Below are positions 57,990 through 64,000 of a stretch of DNA of 64,000 bases, piece by piece. Where the stretch lies: NCBI GenBank assembly GCA_024685175.1, contig JAIKWD010000016.1:119757-183756 (forward strand). The letters run 5' to 3'. The notes beneath the pieces are model-generated. The model was given only the letters and a program-made list of their open reading frames with translations. It was not told the DNA's origin and ran no database searches. A program made the position numbers and the translations under genes. Numbering within the stretch: the stretch's first letter is position 1; the number at the start of each line of letters is the position of its first letter. The stretch is from Bacteroidales bacterium. GTDB taxonomy: Bacteria; Bacteroidota; Bacteroidia; Bacteroidales; WCHB1-69.

Positions 57990-58000
57990 AATTTAAAATA

Positions 58001-59716
58001 CTATTTCTCAATCCACCCTTTGATCATGTCCAATGTGGCGGCGGGGATATCCAGCTTCAGTTTCTTGCGCATACCACCGAGGTCGTTGAGCAACTTGTTG
58101 GGGTTGGCCTGCTTGAGTTGGTCGACGGTCTGGATATTGAGTTTACGCAAGGCGGGTACCCAAGCGGGGTCCATACCCAAAGCTACAAACTCTTCGTCCT
58201 TGCTCATTTCCGGTTTTTTCTCCGGACGCATCTGCGGGAAGAAGAGCACATCTTGGATGGAGGGGGAGTTGGTCATAATCATTGCCAGACGGTCGATGCC
58301 GATGCCCAAACCAGCTGTGGGGGGCATACCGATTTCAAGGGAACGCAGAAAGTCCTCGTCAAGCACCATAGACTCGGTGTCACCGCGTTTGCCCAACTCG
58401 AGTTGGTCTTCGAAGCGCTTGCGTTGATCGATGGGATCGTTCAACTCGGAGTAGGCGTTGCAGATCTCCTTGCCGTTGCACATTGCCTCGAAACGTTCGG
58501 TTAGGCCGGGTTTGGAGCGGTGTTTCTTGGTCAGCGGAGACATCTCGATGGGATAGTCATAGATAAAGGTAGGCTGGATGAGTTTGCTTTCGCAGGTCTC
58601 GCCGAAGATCTCGTCGATGAGTTTGCCTTTGCCCATCGTTTCGTCCACCTTGACGCCTTGCGAAGTGGCGAACTTGGCCAAGGCGGCCTCGTCCATCTCG
58701 GAGATGTCGGTGCCGGTGAAATGCTTGATGGCTTCGAACATCGTATAGCGTTTCCAGGGGCGCTTGAAGTCGATGATATTGTCGCCCACCTGCACTTTGG
58801 TGTCGCCGTGCAGGGCCAATGCGATACGCTCGACCATCTCTTCCACGCAGTTCATCATCCATTCGTAGTCTTTGTAGGGAACATAGAGTTCCATTTGGGT
58901 GAATTCGGGATTGTGGAAGCGGTCCATACCCTCGTTGCGGAAGTCTTTGGAGAACTCGTACACGCCGTTGAATCCGCCCACGATGAGTTTTTTGAGGTAC
59001 AACTCGTCCGCGATGCGCAGATAGAGTGTCATATCGAGGGTGTTGTGGTGGGTCTTGAACGGACGGGCCGCAGCGCCGCCGTACAAGGGTTGCAAGATAG
59101 GCGTTTCCACTTCCAAATAACCCTTCTCGTTGAGGAAGTTGCGCATGGTATTGACCAAAAGCGTGCGCTTGATGAAGGTGTCTTTCACGTGAGGATTGAC
59201 GATAAGGTCAATATAGCGTTGGCGATAGCGTTGCTCGGGGTCTTGGAAGGCGTCATACACTTTGCCGTCTTTCTCTTTTACGATGGGCAGCGGGCATACC
59301 GACTTGCAGAGAATGGTGAACTCTTTGACGTGGACGCTGATTTCGCCCATTTGAGTAGTGAACACAAAACCTTTCACACCAATGATGTCGCCGATGTCGA
59401 GTTTCTTGAAGACACTATTATACATGGTCTTGTCCTCGTCCGGGCAGATTTCATCGCGTTTGGCGTAGATTTGAATTCGTCCCACGGCGTCTTGGATTTC
59501 GTAGAAGGAGACGGCACCCATGATACGTTGATTCATGATACGGCCGGCGATGCTGACATTCTGGAACTTGGTGTTGTCCTTGGGGAATTCTTCCAATATT
59601 TGGGCCGAAGTGGCATTTACTTCATATTCGGCTGCAGGGTAGGGATTGATGCCAAGGTTAAGCAGGTCTTCCAGTTTTTTTCTTCGGATGATTTCTTGTT
59701 CGGATAATTCGGGCAT
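58001..59716 (-). CDS. lysS: lysine--tRNA ligase (class II, with the Bacteroidetes C-terminal extension)
   Basis: 571 aa with an anticodon-binding OB domain and class II motifs (FRNEG..., [17 protein letters not shown]). Confidence 0.95.
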   Translation of the reverse strand: MPELSEQEIIRRKKLEDLLNLGINPYPAAEYEVNATSAQILEEFPKDNTKFQNVSIAGRIMNQRIMGAVSFYEIQDAVGRIQIYAKRDEICPDEDKTMYNSVFKKLDIGDIIGVKGFVFTTQMGEISVHVKEFTILCKSVCPLPIVKEKDGKVYDAFQDPEQRYRQRYIDLIVNPHVKDTFIKRTLLVNTMRNFLNEKGYLEVETPILQPLYGGAAARPFKTHHNTLDMTLYLRIADELYLKKLIVGGFNGVYEFSKDFRNEGMDRFHNPEFTQMELYVPYKDYEWMMNCVEEMVERIALALHGDTKVQVGDNIIDFKRPWKRYTMFEAIKHFTGTDISEMDEAALAKFATSQGVKVDETMGKGKLIDEIFGETCESKLIQPTFIYDYPIEMSPLTKKHRSKPGLTERFEAMCNGKEICNAYSELNDPIDQRKRFEDQLELGKRGDTESMVLDEDFLRSLEIGMPPTAGLGIGIDRLAMIMTNSPSIQDVLFFPQMRPEKKPEMSKDEEFVALGMDPAWVPALRKLNIQTVDQLKQANPNKLLNDLGGMRKKLKLDIPAATLDMIKGWIEK

Positions 59717-59736
59717 AGTGTCTGTTATTTAGGCTG

Positions 59737-59744
59737 CAAAAATA
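59737..59744 (-). promoter_or_regulatory. -7 box TATTTTTG for lysS
   Basis: Matches TAnnTTTG on the minus strand, 20 nt upstream of the lysS ATG. Confidence 0.55.
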
Positions 59745-59800
59745 ATAAAAATTATGCAGTTACAAATGTTCTAATATTATAGTTGTATAAGGTAAAAGAC

Positions 59801-59837
59801 AAAAAAAAACAGACCGAAAAACTCGGTCTGTTTTTTT
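59801..59837. terminator. bidirectional terminator after the T9SS cargo gene
   Basis: A9, cagaccga-aaaac-tcggtctg, then T7. Confidence 0.7.
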
Positions 59838-59855
59838 ACATCATGTGATGAAAAT

Positions 59856-61178
59856 TTATCTAACAACAACCTTGATGGTTTGGTTGTTAACTTTCAACAT
59901 GTAAACACCAGCTTGGAAGTTGGAAACGTTGATATTGGTGCTGTTCACAACTTGTTCGCTGTAAACTTTTTGGCCTACCAAGTTGAACATTTCAACGAGA
60001 ACTTTTTGATCATTGTTGGTGTTGACAGTGATTTGGCTAGTAGCAGGGTTCGGGTAAACCACAGCATCCTTCTCGATTTCGGGAACGTTAACCTCACCGC
60101 AGTTGGTGCAGGTGGCGTGGAGACCGATAGAAGGTTTGAAGTTACCATTGCCGCTATCGGTGAAGGACCAAGGTACTAAGCTACCATACATTCCATAGTC
60201 GCGATCATTCTCATCAAAGATTTCGGCACCGGCTTCAAGACCTGATTGAACATCGTTGATAGCGTCTTCGCCAAACAAAGCGTAGTTGAGCTCGCCACCG
60301 ATACGGGGATCAGCGATGAAGTAGAAACGGAAGGCGTTGAGGTCACGACCAATGATGGAAGTGTCACTTCTTGGGCCGCCAGGGATGAAGGTGCAACCAA
60401 CAGCCATTCTTTTGCAAGAAATGTTTTGCAAAGCAGCAGGTGCCGGGAAAGCTTTCGTGAGCCAACCGGAAGTGTCCATATCAGCACTGGTAAGGAGGAT
60501 GTCTTGAACAACGACAACAGCGTTAGCGGACAAGGAGATGTATGCGGAATCGTAAGCATTCCAAGTAGAGGTAGAAGCAGAGAAGGTGTTCACATCATAG
60601 GGAATCCACAGCCAAGAGAAACCAGGACCGTAATCAGTATAGGTGTTGTCATAGTAATATTGAGGAGTGTGTACAGGCTCGTTGTCGAGGTTGAGGACGT
60701 AGCTCACTCTCAAAGTGTCAGTGTAAGGCAACACAACACTATCATTTGCATAATAAGCTGCAAAGAAATTGATGGAGTCGATGGTGTACTGATCGGTACC
60801 GCCTAAGTTAGGAATATCGTATCCATCAAAAGCGGAAACGTTGTAGATGTAGTTCCAGCATTGGTGACCCCAGTCATAAATTTGACCAAAAGCGAAGTGT
60901 TGAACAGGAGAAGGATCGGAGTTGCTCCATGGAACAAGACCGTTTTGATCGCACATCGTGAAAGAAAGACCGTACTCAGGATCGGTACCATTCCAAGTCT
61001 CCAAGTCTGCGCAAAGGTCGTACCACCAAGAACCAGAAGCCAGTATCTTAGGGGCGTTCATAGCTTTCTTAGCCGGTTTAGCTAAAAGGCTAGCTTGCTT
61101 TTCAACTTTCGGCGCCAATTGTGCGAATGAAATAGACACAATGGCCATTGCCATAAAAAGTGTAAAGATTTTTTTCAT
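59856..61178 (-). CDS. secreted protein of unknown function with a T9SS type-A C-terminal sorting domain
   Basis: 440 aa with a signal peptide. The C-terminal ~75 aa (VVYPNPATSQITVN...VEMFNLVGQKVY...GVYMLKVNNQTIKVVVR) match the Por secretion CTD pattern. The mature part is W/Y/D/N-rich and I recognised no family. Confidence 0.7.
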   Translation of the reverse strand: MKKIFTLFMAMAIVSISFAQLAPKVEKQASLLAKPAKKAMNAPKILASGSWWYDLCADLETWNGTDPEYGLSFTMCDQNGLVPWSNSDPSPVQHFAFGQIYDWGHQCWNYIYNVSAFDGYDIPNLGGTDQYTIDSINFFAAYYANDSVVLPYTDTLRVSYVLNLDNEPVHTPQYYYDNTYTDYGPGFSWLWIPYDVNTFSASTSTWNAYDSAYISLSANAVVVVQDILLTSADMDTSGWLTKAFPAPAALQNISCKRMAVGCTFIPGGPRSDTSIIGRDLNAFRFYFIADPRIGGELNYALFGEDAINDVQSGLEAGAEIFDENDRDYGMYGSLVPWSFTDSGNGNFKPSIGLHATCTNCGEVNVPEIEKDAVVYPNPATSQITVNTNNDQKVLVEMFNLVGQKVYSEQVVNSTNINVSNFQAGVYMLKVNNQTIKVVVR

Positions 61179-61232
61179 TTGTTTGAAATTTTGGTTTATA
61201 ATAAAGTTTGTAGCTTTCTACATTAAAGCCTG

Positions 61233-61240
61233 CAAATATA
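61233..61240 (-). promoter_or_regulatory. -7 box TATATTTG for the T9SS cargo gene
   Basis: Matches TAnnTTTG on the minus strand, 54 nt upstream of the ATG at 61178. Confidence 0.45.
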
Positions 61241-61286
61241 CATTTTTTTTTACAAAAAACAAATTGTTGAAAAAAATTAGGAATTT

Positions 61287-63122
61287 TTAGGATTCTTCAG
61301 AGAAATTATCAATCTCTTCTCGAAGGTTTTCAATGATGAAATTTTGGCGTTCCATGGAGTTGTTGCCCATGTAGTATTCTATGATGGCATCTATGTTGGC
61401 TTTGGGGTCCAAAACAACAGGCTCCAGGCGGATAGACTTGCCGATGAAGCCCTGAAATTCCTTCGGCGAGATTTCACCCAGACCTTTGAATCGTGTGATT
61501 TCAGGCTTACCACCCAACTTATTGATGGCTGACAATTTTTCCTCTTCCGAATAACAATAGAAGGTTTTTTGTTTGTTGCGTACGCGGAACAGTGGGGTCT
61601 GCAATACATAGACGTGACCGGAACGCACCACGTCAGGGAACAGCTGCAGGAAAAAGGCCAGCAATAGCAAGCGGATATGCATACCATCCACATCGGCATC
61701 GGTGGCAATGACAATGTTATTGTAGCGTAGGCCTTCCAGCCCGTCCTCCAAGTTGAGGGCGGCGAGTAGCAGGGCCAACTCCTTGTTTTCGTAGATGGCG
61801 CTCTTCTTCTTGATGATGTTGGCGGGCTTGCCCATCAAGCTGAAGACAGCTTGCGTGTTGGCGTCGCGCGATTGCGTGATGGAACCGGATGCCGAGATAC
61901 CTTCGGTGATGAAAATCATCGTCTCCAACCCGCGCGGGTCGTTGGTGTTGAAATGGTATCGGCAGTCGCGCAACTTGCTGTTGTTGAGACTTACCTTCTT
62001 CTGAAGCTCTTTCGACTGCTTCTTGAGATTGGCAATAGCCGTGCGCTCCTTTTCGGCCTCTTGGATTTTCTTGAGGATGATATCGGCCACATCCGAGTGC
62101 TTGTGCAGGTAGTTGTCCAACAGCCTGCCAATCACTTCGTTGACGTAGTTGCGGACGGTTTGGCCGCCGGGCTCCATATAGTCGGAGCCGAGTTTGGTCT
62201 TGGTCTGCGAGTCGAAAAGGGGATCCTTGATCTTGACGGACATTGTGGCGGCGATGGAGTTGCGCACGTCACTGGGTTCGAAGTTCTTCTTGTAGAAGTC
62301 GCGGCACGTCTTGACGATAGCCTCACGCATCGCCTGCTGGTGCGTGCCGCCGTGGATGGTGTACTGGCTGTTAACGAACGTGTAGTAGTCCTCGCCATAC
62401 TTCCGGGTGGTGTGCACCATCGCGAACTCAAAGTTCTCCTCCTTGAGGTAGATGGGTTCGTACAAGCGGTCGGTGCCAGTCTCCTTGTTTAGGAGGTCAA
62501 GCAGACCATTTTTGGAATAGAATTTTTGACCATTGAAGTTGATGGTTAGTCCACGGTTTAAGTAGACATAGTTCCAAAGCAAGTTCTCAATGTATTCGGT
62601 GTACCAGTCGTAGTTGACGAAGATGGTGTCGTCGGGCAAGAATGAGGCCATCGTGCCGTTCTTTTCGGTAGTGTCCTCTATGGGATAATCCTTGACGATT
62701 TTGCCTTTGGAGAACTCGGCGCGTTTTACTTTGCCGTCGCGAACACTTTGCACTAACAGATTGGTTGAAAGGGCGTTGACGGCTTTCACGCCGACGCCAT
62801 TCATGCCGATGGAGGCGAAGTCGCCCTTGAAGTTGCGGCCGGTGTTCATCTTGGAGTAGCAGTCCACCACCTTGTTGAGGGGGATGCCGCGGCCGTAGTC
62901 GCGCACGGTGACTCGCTTTTCCTTGATGGTCACCTCGATAGTTTTGCCATAGCCGTTCATAAACTCGTCTATGGCGTTGTCCATCACCTCTTTGAGCAAG
63001 ACATAGATGCCATCGTCGTGGGAAGAGCCGTCGCCCACCTTGCCGATATACATACCAGGCCGGGTGCGGATATGTTCGTCCCAATTTAGGGTGATGATGG
63101 TGTCGTCTTGATATTCTGACAT
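61287..63122 (-). CDS. parE: type IIA topoisomerase subunit B (topoisomerase IV ParE-type)
   Basis: 611 aa. RPGMYIG, LLKEVMDNAIDE, the Toprim block IFITEGISA and IATDADVDGMHI are present. The length fits ParE rather than GyrB. Confidence 0.8.
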   Translation of the reverse strand: MSEYQDDTIITLNWDEHIRTRPGMYIGKVGDGSSHDDGIYVLLKEVMDNAIDEFMNGYGKTIEVTIKEKRVTVRDYGRGIPLNKVVDCYSKMNTGRNFKGDFASIGMNGVGVKAVNALSTNLLVQSVRDGKVKRAEFSKGKIVKDYPIEDTTEKNGTMASFLPDDTIFVNYDWYTEYIENLLWNYVYLNRGLTINFNGQKFYSKNGLLDLLNKETGTDRLYEPIYLKEENFEFAMVHTTRKYGEDYYTFVNSQYTIHGGTHQQAMREAIVKTCRDFYKKNFEPSDVRNSIAATMSVKIKDPLFDSQTKTKLGSDYMEPGGQTVRNYVNEVIGRLLDNYLHKHSDVADIILKKIQEAEKERTAIANLKKQSKELQKKVSLNNSKLRDCRYHFNTNDPRGLETMIFITEGISASGSITQSRDANTQAVFSLMGKPANIIKKKSAIYENKELALLLAALNLEDGLEGLRYNNIVIATDADVDGMHIRLLLLAFFLQLFPDVVRSGHVYVLQTPLFRVRNKQKTFYCYSEEEKLSAINKLGGKPEITRFKGLGEISPKEFQGFIGKSIRLEPVVLDPKANIDAIIEYYMGNNSMERQNFIIENLREEIDNFSEES

Positions 63123-63152
63123 AAATGGTTAGTGGTTTTTTTCAATGGGGTG

Positions 63153-63160
63153 CAAAAATA
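63153..63160 (-). promoter_or_regulatory. -7 box TATTTTTG for parE
   Basis: Matches TAnnTTTG on the minus strand, 30 nt upstream of the parE ATG. Confidence 0.5.
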
Positions 63161-63265
63161 CAAAAATTTCGGATGTGTTGGAAAGGGCTTCTGTGTTGGG
63201 AGCCATCTGTGATGAAGCAGATGGGATGTTTACTGGAAATTCTTTATGAATAACAAAAAAAATGT

Positions 63266-63273
63266 TATTTTTG
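63266..63273 (+). promoter_or_regulatory. -7 box TATTTTTG for the RAYT gene
   Basis: Matches TAnnTTTG, 26 nt upstream of the ATG at 63300. Confidence 0.5.
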
Positions 63274-63299
63274 CCATTAATCATTAAAACAAAATAATC

Positions 63300-63842
63300 A
63301 TGTCAGACGAAAGATTTCAAAACCAGTATCGCATCCCGTCTGCCCGCGCCAAATGGCACGATTATAACGGAGGAATGTATTTCGTGACCGTATGTACACG
63401 GAACAGGAAACATTTTTTTGGAGAGATTCATAATGGGGTAATGCATTTGACGGAGATTGGGAAATACACGCAGGATTGTGTCCCAGATATTCCATCACAC
63501 AATCCATACGCAGAAATTCCATTATTTGTTATCATGCCAAATCATATTCATTTGGTTGTAACAATCGACGGTGGGGATTGTAGAGACGTACCATGGCGCG
63601 TCTCTACAGACGGAAAAAACAAAATTATGCAGGAAATATGTAATCGCCAAGGTAAATTGTCAACCACAATAGGAGGAATGAAACAGGCCATCACCCGTTT
63701 CGCCCACCAACACAACCTCCCTTTCGCATGGCAACCCCGTTTCCACGACCACATCATTCGTGGAAACGAAGACATGAACAATATTGCGGATTACATCGAA
63801 AACAATGTGGCACGGTGGGAATATGACAGGTTTTTCGGGTGA
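63300..63842 (+). CDS. REP-associated tyrosine transposase (RAYT; IS200-like Y1/HUH transposase)
   Basis: 180 aa. GGMYFVTVCTRNRKHFFG, the HUH motif MPNHIHLVV and WQPRFHDHIIRGNEDMNNIADYIENNVARW are present. From memory, the last block compares with E. coli RayT WQPRFWEHAIR...VDYIYINP. Confidence 0.8.
   Translation: MSDERFQNQYRIPSARAKWHDYNGGMYFVTVCTRNRKHFFGEIHNGVMHLTEIGKYTQDCVPDIPSHNPYAEIPLFVIMPNHIHLVVTIDGGDCRDVPWRVSTDGKNKIMQEICNRQGKLSTTIGGMKQAITRFAHQHNLPFAWQPRFHDHIIRGNEDMNNIADYIENNVARWEYDRFFG
63579..63608. repeat. 30-nt REP palindrome inside the RAYT coding sequence
   Basis: TGTAGAGACGTACCATGGCGCGTCTCTACA has 14-nt arms with one G-T pair and one mismatch. It is in frame and encodes CRDVPWRVST. 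Confidence 0.75.
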
Positions 63843-63846
63843 CCTT

Positions 63847-63876
63847 TGTAGAGACGCGCCATGGCACGTCTCTACA
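63847..63876. repeat. 30-nt REP palindrome 4 nt after the RAYT stop codon
   Basis: The reverse complement of TGTAGAGACGCGCCATGGCACGTCTCTACA matches 63579-63608 at 29/30 positions. Confidence 0.75.
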
Positions 63877-63922
63877 TCGCCCTGTCACCGTTTCACCGCA
63901 AACGCCGTAAATGAAATAAATG

Positions 63923-63930
63923 TATCTTTG
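63923..63930 (+). promoter_or_regulatory. -7 box TATCTTTG for a gene starting near the window end
   Basis: Matches TAnnTTTG. An ATG at 63959 opens a frame that runs to the window edge, which is too short to call a gene. Confidence 0.4.
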
Positions 63931-64000
63931 CGGTCGTTTACCTAATTGTGGCCCTTTTATGTTTTTTTGCGTCTTAATAAAAAGTGAACGTTATTTATTA

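Noticed and set aside
56376-59707. 373-aa and 395-aa ORFs antisense to serC and lysS
   Set aside because: The sense frames carry the SerC PLP and class II aaRS motifs. The antisense frames are compositionally biased and lack start-site signals.
63548-63781. 77-aa ORF antisense to the RAYT gene (contains ...VETRHGTSLQ...)
   Set aside because: It is a product of reading through the REP palindrome on the opposite strand. The sense frame has the HUH and WQPRF blocks.
63959-64000. Possible start of another gene at the window edge
   Set aside because: Only 14 codons are visible, too few to support a CDS call. Only the upstream -7 box is reported.

Overview
This window reads as an ordinary Bacteroidota (Bacteroidales-like) core-chromosome segment, and I found no convincing new multi-gene system: no CRISPR array, prophage, integrase, restriction or defence-type genes, toxin-antitoxin pair or reverse transcriptase. 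The taxonomic call rests on four things. TAnnTTTG -7 promoter boxes precede almost every transcription unit. There is a T9SS C-terminal sorting domain protein. The nusB-DUF1573-yajC-ybbR-like-coaE gene order is present. NusB and LysS are the long forms. About 60 genes are densely packed, and nearly all are housekeeping. They cover glycolysis and serine synthesis (pgk, gap, serA, serC), cell wall and shape (mrdA, rodA, mreB, a lytic transglycosylase, a SPOR protein), nucleotide, folate and cofactor metabolism (thyA, folD, coaE, amn, adenosine kinase, yggS), replication and translation (polA, parE, lysS, typA, trmO), a tolC-macA-macB efflux operon, an mlaEF-cvpA-sufE operon, several peptidases (PepT, M16, M64), and four tRNA genes (Thr-CGU, Phe-GAA, Arg-CCG, Leu-CAA). 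The most unusual content is non-coding. (1) A family of REP-like palindromes with core GAGACGC..GCGTCTC sits at gene 3' ends. It is concentrated in the last 11 kb, next to a REP-associated tyrosine transposase (RAYT) gene at 63300-63842. That gene carries one palindrome in frame inside its own coding sequence, with an inverted 29/30-identical copy 4 nt past its stop codon. (2) A roughly 50-nt dispersed element is present twice, in the tolC-macA spacer and downstream of tRNA-Phe. (3) A 42-codon N-terminal remnant of an FGGY sugar kinase lies between tRNA-Leu and lysS. (4) A chagasin-type inhibitor lipoprotein is translationally coupled to a GT2-like glycosyltransferase. The many long ORFs antisense to GC3-rich genes are treated as codon-bias artefacts. 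All family assignments come from reading motifs by eye and remembering the families; no searches were run.
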